From a bacterium (GTDB lineage Bacteria; SAR324; JACQKK01): a DNA stretch of 64,000 nucleotides. Of this stretch, positions 37,718 through 46,440 are shown piece after piece; position 1 is the stretch's first letter, and each line of letters starts with the position of its first letter. The notes under the pieces were generated by a model. The model saw nothing but the letters and a program-made list of their open reading frames with translations, made no database searches and had not been told where the DNA came from. The stretch covers positions 1,216,001 to 1,280,000 of the forward strand of contig OZ251219.1 of assembly GCA_965240465.1 (NCBI GenBank), written 5' to 3'. Position numbers and translations under genes: made by a program.

Positions 37718-38338
37718 TTAGTACAAACGATAGACGCCACGGGGGTCTATTTTTTCAAATTGTTCCCAACGACTTTGGCAGAGCATCAGGTTAAACATTA
37801 GCTCCGTGCTGGAATTGGATTGGCGACGCTGGGCTTGAGTGCGTTTTTTTATCAGGGATTCTACTTCTGCTGGGTGGATTATCATATAGTTAGAGAAGTA
37901 CATAATTCCGCGGTGATTTATCAGGCGGGTTTGTAGGACGCTATTTACATCTAGGAAGGCGGTTTGATCAGTAGCCAGTACTTTGTATTTATAGCCTTCA
38001 ACCATGTCTTTCAGCAGTATTTCTTTGGAGCTGTTGCGTATCAGCTGAAACACGGAATGGATATTTTCTGTCAGTTCTTGATATCCTGTTTTTTGTTCGG
38101 GAGTGAGCTTGTTGCTTTTACGTTCTAGATAACAAGCTATAGGGGTCTGCCCGTTAAAAAGAGAGCGGTCTAAAACAAACCAATTGAGAAAAGCATTACA
38201 GCGAATCCCAAAAGAAGGTGCTTCTGGACGCATCGTACCTGCGCGTTCAAATTCCTCTCTGGCAGTGCCTACTTCTGCAGCACAGATGGGTAATTTGGTA
38301 ACTTCCTCCAGCAAGGGAGCAATGTAAGGGCTTTCCAT
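37718..38338 (-). CDS. Hypothetical protein
   Basis: 206-aa ATG ORF, globular composition, FLNWFVLDR motif. Confidence 0.75.
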   Translation of the reverse strand: MESPYIAPLLEEVTKLPICAAEVGTAREEFERAGTMRPEAPSFGIRCNAFLNWFVLDRSLFNGQTPIACYLERKSNKLTPEQKTGYQELTENIHSVFQLIRNSSKEILLKDMVEGYKYKVLATDQTAFLDVNSVLQTRLINHRGIMYFSNYMIIHPAEVESLIKKRTQAQRRQSNSSTELMFNLMLCQSRWEQFEKIDPRGVYRLY

Positions 38339-38476
38339 TAAATTAATCCTATCTCATCAATTTTTATCAGTCACCTTCGGCATCGCTTTTATTCTTAGAA
38401 CGCCTGCTCCCAGCTGGCATTGTATTCCTCTTGATTGACGCTTGGCAACCAACTTCCGTAGCTATTATAACACTAA

Positions 38477-38614
38477 CAGCCCCTACTCTCCCCTTTTTCT
38501 TCCAGCCCCCTACTCTCCCCTTTTTCTTCCAGCCCCCTACTCTCCCCTTTTTCTTCCAGCCCCCTACTCTCCCCTTTTTCTTCCAGCCCCTACTCTCCCC
38601 CTTTTTCTTCCAGC
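38477..38614. repeat. Tandem repeat, 27-bp unit CAGCCCCCTACTCTCCCCTTTTTCTTC x5
   Basis: Read directly; immediately downstream of the pnp stop. Confidence 0.95.
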
Positions 38615-38618
38615 CAGC

Positions 38619-40691
38619 CTATTCTTGATAGCGAGTAAGTTTCAGCTTGCCCCTTTTATCGGTGCCAGATACGCGTACGCTGACGATATCTCCTTCCCGC
38701 ATGAAGTCTTCCACTCGTTCTACTCTTCCTTCTGCCATTTGTGAGATGTGTAGTAGGCCATCGGTACCGGGCAGTAGTTCTATGAATGCTCCAAAATCGG
38801 TCACTTTTTTTACGGGTCCTTTGTAGACGGCCCCGATTTCCACTTCTGCGGTGATATTTTCCACCATTTTCAGTGCTTCTCTAGCTGCTTCGGGGTTTTC
38901 GGAGTGAATTTGAACTGTGCCATCATCTTGTACGTCTACTTTGGCACCTGTTTTTTCAATTATGCTCTTAATGGTTTTTCCGCTGGGGCCGATAAGTTCT
39001 CCGATGCGTCCTGGCTTGATGCGATGTACCAGCATGACGGGGGCATAGGGAGATAGTTCTTTTTTGGATGAAGTGATGGTTTTTTCCATTTCATCCAGAA
39101 TGTTAATACGACCGTCAAGGGCTTGTTTCAGTGCTTGAGCGAGAATATTTTTATCAATTCCGCTGACCTTGATATCCATTTGCAAGGCGGTGATCCCCTC
39201 ACGGGTGCCTGCGACTTTAAAATCCATGTCGCCCAGATGGTCTTCATCTCCCAAGATATCGGAGAGGATGACGGTGATTGTTCCTTCTTTAATCAAGCCC
39301 ATGGCGATACCTGCGGCGTGTTTAGAGATGGGTACTCCAGCATCCATCAGTGCCAGAGAGGCTCCACAGACAGAAGCCATAGAGGAAGAGCCATTGGATT
39401 CCAGAATTTCGGAAGTAATTCTGATAGTGTAGGGAAATTTTTCCTTACTGGGTAATAGTGGTTTGATGCCTTTTTGAGCCAGCATGCCATGCCCGATTTC
39501 TCTTCGTCCTGGGCCTCGCAAGAAGGAGGCTTCCCCGACACAAAAGGGAGGAAAATTGTAGTGAAAAAGAAAATCTTTGAAGCTGACACCATGGAGGTTG
39601 TCAATCAATTGTTGGTCTGAGCGGGCTCCCAGAGTGACGTTGACCAGGGCTTGTGTTTCTCCGCGGGTGAAAAGGGCAGAGCCATGGCAACGCGGCAGCA
39701 AGCCAATTTCGCTATTAATTTCTCTGATATCGGTCTGTGAGCGTCCATCCACCCGAGTGCCTTGGGAGGTGATTTGCTCTCTCATCAGGCGTTTTTTCAG
39801 GTTGCCAAAGATTTTTTCTACCTCTTTTTTGCGAGGTTCTTCATCGGATTGTGGATCATAAAATTTCTCCAGAGCCTGCTTTGACAGGGCATTCAAGGAG
39901 CCATAGCGAGCAAGTTTCTCTTTTTCGCTTAGGCTCTTAAGCAATGGTTCTGAAAACTGAGCTTCCATATTTTTTGCCAAAGCTTCATCAGTTTTGACCT
40001 CAGGTAAAGCACGCTTAGACAAACCAACTTTCTTTTGCAATTCTTCCTGAAGCTCAATCACTGGCAAAAGCTGTTGCTGAGCGAACAAAATAGATTCCAA
40101 AGCCAAATCCTCAGATATCTCATTAGCTTCCCCTTCCACCATCAATAGGCCTTCCTTGGAGCAAGTGACGAATATATCCAGCTCACTTTCAGCCAGCTGA
40201 TCAGGGGTAGGATTAACAATCAGCTTGCCGTCAATTCTGCCTACTCGCATGCCAGCAATGGGTCCTGCAAAAGGGATGTCAGATATGCTCAAGGCGACTG
40301 AAGTACCAATCATGGCTGCTACTCCAGCCTCATTTTTCTTATCGTAGCTAAGCACCGTGGCGATGATTTGGGTCTCATACTGAAATTCTGTGGGGAACAG
40401 CGGACGAATGGAGCGATCAATAAAGCGTGATATTAGGGTTTCATTATCCGAAAGGCGTCCTTCTCGGCGTAAGAACCCGCCAGGGATGCGACCAGCAGCA
40501 TAATGTTTCTCCACATAATGCACCGAAAGCGGAAAGAAGGGTAAGTCTTTAGACTCTTTTTCCGCTACCGCAGTGACAAGTACTACCGTTTCGCCATAAC
40601 GCACTAAGGCGGAACCAGATGCCTGACGAGCAATTCGTCCAACTTCAATTTTTAGGGGATTACCACCCAATTCAGTGGAAACAATTTCCAT
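38619..40691 (-). CDS. pnp: Polyribonucleotide nucleotidyltransferase
   Basis: GRIPGGFLRREG, HGSALFTRGETQ, SNGSSSMASVCG and DHLGDMDFKVAGT motifs; KH and S1 domains. Confidence 0.98.
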   Translation of the reverse strand: MEIVSTELGGNPLKIEVGRIARQASGSALVRYGETVVLVTAVAEKESKDLPFFPLSVHYVEKHYAAGRIPGGFLRREGRLSDNETLISRFIDRSIRPLFPTEFQYETQIIATVLSYDKKNEAGVAAMIGTSVALSISDIPFAGPIAGMRVGRIDGKLIVNPTPDQLAESELDIFVTCSKEGLLMVEGEANEISEDLALESILFAQQQLLPVIELQEELQKKVGLSKRALPEVKTDEALAKNMEAQFSEPLLKSLSEKEKLARYGSLNALSKQALEKFYDPQSDEEPRKKEVEKIFGNLKKRLMREQITSQGTRVDGRSQTDIREINSEIGLLPRCHGSALFTRGETQALVNVTLGARSDQQLIDNLHGVSFKDFLFHYNFPPFCVGEASFLRGPGRREIGHGMLAQKGIKPLLPSKEKFPYTIRITSEILESNGSSSMASVCGASLALMDAGVPISKHAAGIAMGLIKEGTITVILSDILGDEDHLGDMDFKVAGTREGITALQMDIKVSGIDKNILAQALKQALDGRINILDEMEKTITSSKKELSPYAPVMLVHRIKPGRIGELIGPSGKTIKSIIEKTGAKVDVQDDGTVQIHSENPEAAREALKMVENITAEVEIGAVYKGPVKKVTDFGAFIELLPGTDGLLHISQMAEGRVERVEDFMREGDIVSVRVSGTDKRGKLKLTRYQE

Positions 40692-40697
40692 ATATAG

Positions 40698-40964
40698 CTA
40701 CCTACGCAACTGCAATTCAGTTATCAACTTTTGGTATCGTTGATAATTCTTGCGACCGAGATAATTCAACAATCGCCGGCGTTTGCTAACCATCTTAAGT
40801 AGCCCTCGTCGTGAATGATGATCCTTTAAATGAGCTTTGAAATGTCCAGTCAGCTCTTTTATCCGAGTAGATAACAAAGCTACCTGTACCTCCGAAGTGC
40901 CAGTATCTCCCGCATTCTTGCCAAATTTCTTAATGATTTCTTTTGTCTTTTCAGGGTCTAACAT
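40698..40964 (-). CDS. rpsO: 30S ribosomal protein S15
   Basis: [12 protein letters not shown] and [23 protein letters not shown] motifs. Confidence 0.98.
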   Translation of the reverse strand: MLDPEKTKEIIKKFGKNAGDTGTSEVQVALLSTRIKELTGHFKAHLKDHHSRRGLLKMVSKRRRLLNYLGRKNYQRYQKLITELQLRR

Positions 40965-41009
40965 GCAAATCTGCTTAGGGGGAACATTTCTTCTCTACTC
41001 TAGAAGACC

Positions 41010-41038
41010 ACCCTACCTACCTTTTCATGACTTGTCAA
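41010..41038 (-). promoter_or_regulatory. Putative rpsO promoter TTGACA-N17-TAGGGT
   Basis: Consensus -35, 17-bp spacer, weak -10. Confidence 0.35.
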
Positions 41039-41122
41039 GCATATTAAAGTAAAAAAAATGCTAATTCACTTATTATAATAATTGTATAACTAATCTAGTT
41101 CAAATTCTTTGATATCTGGTGC

Positions 41123-42040
41123 CTAGGATCTCTCAGCAAATTCAGGCTGATAGCACTCAATTCCCACTACTTCATTATCACGCGAGCGTACTACTCCTTC
41201 GCACTTTTTAGCAGATATACAAATCCTACCAGGGAAATAAAATCTTAACTCACCCGCTGGTGCTGTATCAGGTACGCGACATATCATTGCAGTAGGGGTT
41301 AGCATTGGGCAGGTAATAGTTTGTTTCTTAGAATCATAGTGGCTCTTCAGATAATAATCGGGGACCACAATAAACTTAGTCCCCATAAACTTCTCATCTA
41401 TATTATCACCAATTATTAGATTGAAGGATGGATAACGCTTGTTGATGGATTTTTGTAGATTGCTACGCTGATGATCAGTAATTATCACATACCTCCCATT
41501 TATCAAACTTATCTGTGAAATTTGGGAAGTGGCTAGCTCGAGCTTATCAAAATTAAGAGGTTCGGCATCTCCAGTTCCGCTAGGGTTTGCCGAGGTTGCA
41601 TTTATGGGAATGATATTTTCCTTTGGAAATGGAATATCCTCATCTATCCCCACACGTGCATCTCCTAAAATTGCAGGTATTCTAACTGAAATATCCATCT
41701 CCTCTTCTATAGCCTGATTCAGACAATCAACAATCTTGGGATGTTTTTTTGTATCAGGCACACCAGTGGCTAATGAAACGTTTACGCAACATTGTAGGGT
41801 TATGTGACGGTTTATCCGTGTAACAACAATGTTACAATGATCGGTTTTAGATTCCCTTGTATAACTGTAATCATTGATTTGTTCAAAAACATTCTCCACC
41901 ACTTCTACATTGCCAAACAACAGCTTGGCAACTGGAGATTTATCCCCACGGGGTAAGCCTTGGAACTTAGCATTAAGGGCTTGCTCTGCTGCTGCTTTTA
42001 CTTCTTCATCAGTTAGTTTATTATGATCTATTTCTGTCAT
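41123..42040 (-). CDS. Divergent phage major-capsid-like protein, solitary
   Basis: GGAGG RBS. Recalled capsid-like segments: AIEEEMD..AILGDA.VG, LNFDKL, RYVIITDHQ..L, FMGTKFI and terminal GVVRSRDNEVVGIEC; no search run. Confidence 0.45.
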   Translation of the reverse strand: MTEIDHNKLTDEEVKAAAEQALNAKFQGLPRGDKSPVAKLLFGNVEVVENVFEQINDYSYTRESKTDHCNIVVTRINRHITLQCCVNVSLATGVPDTKKHPKIVDCLNQAIEEEMDISVRIPAILGDARVGIDEDIPFPKENIIPINATSANPSGTGDAEPLNFDKLELATSQISQISLINGRYVIITDHQRSNLQKSINKRYPSFNLIIGDNIDEKFMGTKFIVVPDYYLKSHYDSKKQTITCPMLTPTAMICRVPDTAPAGELRFYFPGRICISAKKCEGVVRSRDNEVVGIECYQPEFAERS

Positions 42041-42126
42041 TTTACCTCCTTGTAAAAATAAAAACATCCGTGTCCGCCCTCTCAAATAGAGTGGGTTTTC
42101 ATTATTTGCCAGTTTCCTTTGCCGCG

Positions 42127-42156
42127 AGGATATAACACACTAAAAGCCCATGTCAA
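42127..42156 (-). promoter_or_regulatory. Putative sigma70 promoter TTGACA-N18-TATCCT for the capsid-like gene
   Basis: Consensus -35 and TAnnnT -10 about 90 bp upstream of the start. Confidence 0.45.
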
Positions 42157-42190
42157 CACTTTCTTAAAAAAAATACCCCCCCCTCCTTCC

Positions 42191-43192
42191 TTACTCCACC
42201 AGCACGCAGCGAGGTTGGATTTGCAATCCAGCTGATGTTTGAATGGCAGTTCCGATAGCGAGGAGGCGTCCTTGTTGATTGAGAGCTTTGAGGGGTTTGT
42301 CAATGGTGAGGTTATCAGGGGTTGTAAAGGGTGTCAGCCTGCCTTGTAGTAGGTGCGGGAGGTTTTCGGGGTTAATTTCCACTGGGGCGTGGTTGGTGAG
42401 GAAGGGGACGGGGTTGAGGATATACTGGCAGGGTGGGGATTTTAGCAGTTCGCTGAGGTTGACGGCTTGTTTGATATTCCATGACGGGCTATCGGAGCCT
42501 ATTGCGGTTCGTTTAAGGGAGGTGAGATGAGCACCTACTTTTAGAGAGGTGCCGATGTCGTTAGCGAGCGAGCGGATGTAAGTTCCAGCACTACAGAGGA
42601 CATCCAGATGCAGGTAGGGGAGTTTGATTTTTTGTACTTCTAGGAGATGGAAGCATACTTTTCGGGTGCGGTGATGTGCTATTTCTCCTTTTCTGGCGAG
42701 TTTATAAGCGGGGATGCCATTTTTTTTCACGGCAGAGAAGTCAGGGGTTTGCTGATTGTGTTCGCCGTGCCAAGCGAGGACTGCGTCGTTTATTTGCTGA
42801 GGAGTGAGGTGATCAGGCGATTTACAGGAAAGCATGGTGCCTTCAGCGTCTAGGGTATCGGTTTGTTCGCCTAGTTTTATGATGGCTTGGTATCGTTTTG
42901 GGAGTTTTTCAAACAGGTGGATGAGTCGGGTGGCATTGCCGATAAACATAACTAGGACTCCCGTAGCTAGGGGGTCGAGCGTGCCTAAGTAGCCGACCCT
43001 GAAACGAGTTTTTGTTTGGCGGATTTTTTTATCGTGGTAGAAGTGCCTTTTCACTTTTTGAAGTACCTGATTAGAAGATAATCCTGGGGGTTTATCTAGC
43101 ACCAGTATGCCCGATGGGACATTTGTGGTGGTGTCAGCAGAATTTGCGACATCAGTTTCAGTTGCAGGTGTGGTGAGCAGAATTTGCGACAT
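42191..43192 (-). CDS. truB: tRNA pseudouridine(55) synthase
   Basis: GILVLDKPPG, GTLDPLATGVL, FSAVKKNG and CSAGTYIRSLANDIG motifs. Confidence 0.96.
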   Translation of the reverse strand: MSQILLTTPATETDVANSADTTTNVPSGILVLDKPPGLSSNQVLQKVKRHFYHDKKIRQTKTRFRVGYLGTLDPLATGVLVMFIGNATRLIHLFEKLPKRYQAIIKLGEQTDTLDAEGTMLSCKSPDHLTPQQINDAVLAWHGEHNQQTPDFSAVKKNGIPAYKLARKGEIAHHRTRKVCFHLLEVQKIKLPYLHLDVLCSAGTYIRSLANDIGTSLKVGAHLTSLKRTAIGSDSPSWNIKQAVNLSELLKSPPCQYILNPVPFLTNHAPVEINPENLPHLLQGRLTPFTTPDNLTIDKPLKALNQQGRLLAIGTAIQTSAGLQIQPRCVLVE

Positions 43193-43237
43193 CAGTTTCA
43201 GTTGCAGGTGTGGTGGTATGCACTGCAGAGGTAGGGG

Positions 43238-43594
43238 TTAATTTTCTTTGGAGATGGGGGAGGATTTTTTGAGTAGGCGATCAATGTTATCGGCATGTGA
43301 GAAGCCAAGGTCGGGGATAAATTGCAGTCGAGGAGTATTGCGGGTATGTAGCGAGCGTCCCAATAAACGACTGAAGAACCCGGCGGCTTGATTAAGGGCT
43401 TTGGCGACATTTTGCAAGTTTTGGGGAGGGTAGCAGCTAAAATGGATTTTAGCGGATGAAACATCTGGGGAAGTTTTAACTCGGCTGATGGTAACGGAGT
43501 TAAAGCGAGGGTCATGGGCTTCCTCTTGCAGCAGCCGTCCCAGTTTATGATGTATCAGCTGAGAAATATGGGCTTGTTTGCGTGATGGGGTCAT
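43238..43594 (-). CDS. rbfA: Ribosome-binding factor A
   Basis: DPRFNSVTISRV..SPD.S.AK, ALNQAAGF and TPRLQF motifs; operon position. The upstream ORF extension is repeat-derived. Confidence 0.9.
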   Translation of the reverse strand: MTPSRKQAHISQLIHHKLGRLLQEEAHDPRFNSVTISRVKTSPDVSSAKIHFSCYPPQNLQNVAKALNQAAGFFSRLLGRSLHTRNTPRLQFIPDLGFSHADNIDRLLKKSSPISKEN

Positions 43595-43616
43595 TATCAG
43601 TCTAGAAAGCGACATT

Positions 43617-43808
43617 GAAAAAGGAGCACTGAGAAAGGAGCACTGAGAAAGGAGCACTGAGAAAGGAGCACTGAGAAAGGAGCACTGAGAAAGGAGCACT
43701 GAGAAAGGAGCACTGAGAAAGGAGCACTGAGAAAGGAGCACTGAGAAAGGAGCACTGAGAAAGGAGCACTGAGAAAGGAGCACTGAGAAAGGAACACTGA
43801 GAAAGGAA
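43617..43808. repeat. Tandem repeat, 14-bp unit GAGAAAGGAGCACT x~13
   Basis: Nearly perfect array between infB and rbfA. Confidence 0.97.
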
Positions 43809-43836
43809 TATTTATTGGCTTATGTGGTAGCGAGAA

Positions 43837-46365
43837 CTATACCCGAGCTTCTTCTGGAGTTTCTGCTACGGGTTCTGGTTCTTCTGTCTTGAGGATTCTA
43901 CCGCCGCGCTTGAGGGTGGCTTTTTCTTCGGTTTGAATATATGCCTCTAGCATATCGCCGGGTTTAACATCATTTAGTCCTTTCAGTCGGAAGCCACATT
44001 CTACGCCTTGTTTGATGCTGGAAACATCCTCTTTGTTGCGTCTCAAGGAGAGTAAAGAGGCTTCTCCTAGGAGGACATCATCTCGGTATAGACGTAATTT
44101 GGCATTGCGTTCCAGTTTGCCATCTTCCACATTGCCTCCAGCGATGATACTGTCCTTGGATTTGGCAAAGACCTCACGAACCAAGCAACGCCCGACTATT
44201 TGCTCTTTAACAATGGGTTTAAGCAATCCCTCTAAGGCTAGGTGTATGTCATTGGTAAGCTCGTAAATGATATTATAAGTTTTTATGTCTATTTCATCCG
44301 CCCTCGCAGCACTAGCCGCCCGAAAATCGGCCCGTACACTAAATCCGATTACCACCGCGTTGGAAACATTTGCTAGGGATATATCGGCTTGAGTAATTCC
44401 TCCAACTCCACTGCGGACAATTTGCACCGAAACATTCTCATTGCCCTCTTTTTCCAGAGTACCGATGATTGATTCTAACGACCCTTGGGCATCGGCTTTG
44501 AGTACTATATTCAAGGTGCGAGCTTGGTTTTCTGCGACTGGAGTTTCCATGAATGTTTCCAAGCTAATGCGATTGCTAGGTCGCAAGGATGCAGCTCTTT
44601 TACGCTGAGTACGCCAAGTTGCCAACCGAGAAGCATCTTGTTCCGAATCTAAGGTTTGGAACATATCCCCTGCTTCAGGCATGGAGTTATATCCTATTAG
44701 TTTTACTGGAGTGCTAGGTATGGCACGGCTGATTTTTTTTCCTTGGTCGTTATACATGGAACGCACTCTGCCACTGCAAGAACCAGCGACAAAATAATCG
44801 CCAATACTTAGGCATCCTCTTTGTACCAGCACCGAACCTACCACTCCTTTGGTGGAATCCAGATTAGATTCAATCACCACCCCGCTACAAGCACCTTTTG
44901 AGGTGGATTTTAACTCCAGCAATTCTGCCTGTACGTGGATAGATTCCAATAGATCTTCAATACCTTTTCCTGTTTTGGCTGAGATAGCTACCAGCATAGT
45001 TTCGCCCCCGAGTTCTTCCACCACCAATTTATGCTGCAATAGTTGTTGCTTCACCTTGTCTATATCAGCATTAGGCCTGTCAATTTTATTCACCACCACC
45101 ACTATAGGAACCTCAGCAGCTTGTGCATGCTGAATGGCTTCAATGGTTTGAGGCATGATGCCATCATCAGCTGCGACCAATAATGCGACGATGTCGGTCA
45201 CACGGGCGCCTCGCTGACGCAGAGAGGTAAAGGCTTCATGGCCTGGGGTATCCAGAAACACCATGGGACCGAATTTACTTTTCACCCAATAAGCTCCGAT
45301 ATGCTGGGTGATGCCGCCAGCTTCTTTGGAGGCAATTTGGCTGGTGCGGATTTTATCCAGCAAGGTAGTTTTTCCGTGATCCACATGCCCCATGATGGTA
45401 ATGATCGGAGGGCGATATTCCAGTTGCTCGGTGGGGATGTCTTCCATTTTCAAAATATCTTCCATGCTGGAAGTATCCACTTCTACTTGTACTCCGTATT
45501 CCGAAGCCACTAATTCGGCAGTTGAGCCATCAATGAAATCGTTCATGGTAGCGGTTATTTCTAGTTCCAGCAGTTTTTTGATGATTTGAGCTCCCTTGAT
45601 GCCTATCAGGCTAGCGAGTTTGGAAACTGTGATGGTATCGCTCAATTTGATAGCTTTTTGTCTGGGTTTGAAGGTATGTTTTTCTTCTGAGGTTGCGATT
45701 CTTTTATGTTTTATGGTGTGCCTAGGACGTCTGGGACGCACCCATCCTTCGTGCTGTAGGAAATCCAAATCGCGGGCATTACCGCGTACGTCTCGCCATT
45801 CTGGGCTTTCGGTGATTTCGGGTCTTTTGTGATCGCTGCGTTTTTCCCGTCGTCGGGCGGGTTTTTCGTCATCGGGGGTTATTTTTTTATCTTCTGGAGT
45901 GGTTTCAGTTTGGGCGGTGGATTTATCTGTTTGGTTTGTTTGAGCGGGGCTAGTTTCTGTTTGTGGCGAGGCGGCATCATTTTTTATTTGTTCCTCGGGT
46001 TGCTCTGGAGGTTCTGTGGTGGGGATAATTTCTTCTTTTTGGGTTTCCACACGATGTACTTCGCCGGTAGAACTTATTGAGACCAACCTACGCCGTACTT
46101 TGGGTTGTTCGGTGTTTGCTATTTCTTCATCGGGTGTGGGCTGGACGGCTTTGGCGGTGGTTTCTGCGGTAGTTTTTATGGTGGTTTTGGAGGTGATTTT
46201 TGTTACTAGTTGGGGGGATTTTTTTAGTTGTTCTCTAATATCTTTGACTGTTTTATCACTTAGTATTTGAAATATACCAGTAGCTTCCAGTCCCCATTTT
46301 TTTGTCAATGCCAGCAAATCATTGCTGTGCATGTTGATATCTCTAGCCAGTTCAAACAGTTTCAT
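43837..46365 (-). CDS. infB: Translation initiation factor IF-2
   Basis: GHVDHGKTT, EAGGITQHIGA, DTPGHEAF and NKID motifs. Confidence 0.98.
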   Translation of the reverse strand: MKLFELARDINMHSNDLLALTKKWGLEATGIFQILSDKTVKDIREQLKKSPQLVTKITSKTTIKTTAETTAKAVQPTPDEEIANTEQPKVRRRLVSISSTGEVHRVETQKEEIIPTTEPPEQPEEQIKNDAASPQTETSPAQTNQTDKSTAQTETTPEDKKITPDDEKPARRREKRSDHKRPEITESPEWRDVRGNARDLDFLQHEGWVRPRRPRHTIKHKRIATSEEKHTFKPRQKAIKLSDTITVSKLASLIGIKGAQIIKKLLELEITATMNDFIDGSTAELVASEYGVQVEVDTSSMEDILKMEDIPTEQLEYRPPIITIMGHVDHGKTTLLDKIRTSQIASKEAGGITQHIGAYWVKSKFGPMVFLDTPGHEAFTSLRQRGARVTDIVALLVAADDGIMPQTIEAIQHAQAAEVPIVVVVNKIDRPNADIDKVKQQLLQHKLVVEELGGETMLVAISAKTGKGIEDLLESIHVQAELLELKSTSKGACSGVVIESNLDSTKGVVGSVLVQRGCLSIGDYFVAGSCSGRVRSMYNDQGKKISRAIPSTPVKLIGYNSMPEAGDMFQTLDSEQDASRLATWRTQRKRAASLRPSNRISLETFMETPVAENQARTLNIVLKADAQGSLESIIGTLEKEGNENVSVQIVRSGVGGITQADISLANVSNAVVIGFSVRADFRAASAARADEIDIKTYNIIYELTNDIHLALEGLLKPIVKEQIVGRCLVREVFAKSKDSIIAGGNVEDGKLERNAKLRLYRDDVLLGEASLLSLRRNKEDVSSIKQGVECGFRLKGLNDVKPGDMLEAYIQTEEKATLKRGGRILKTEEPEPVAETPEEARV

Positions 46366-46440
46366 GGACTTTACAACAAGGGATAGGGGGGGCTAACAAG
46401 AGGAAGAATTATCGCAGGGGAGGGGGGAGGGGGGGGGGGG

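Noticed and set aside
37514-38614. 27-bp repeat arrays as CRISPR arrays
   Set aside because: Units are head-to-tail with no unique spacers, and no cas genes are in the window. The same applies to all other arrays.
15940-42040. A prophage spanning the phage-like genes
   Set aside because: The genes are solitary and separated by 25 kb of housekeeping genes; no integrase, terminase or portal was seen.
43597-43797. Repeat-derived ORFs and extensions (LLSQCSFLSAPFS; also 2370-2627, 3162-3356, 37539-37721, 38431-38744, 48951-49226, 53537-53908)
   Set aside because: They are translations of stop-free tandem repeats with no independent coding evidence.
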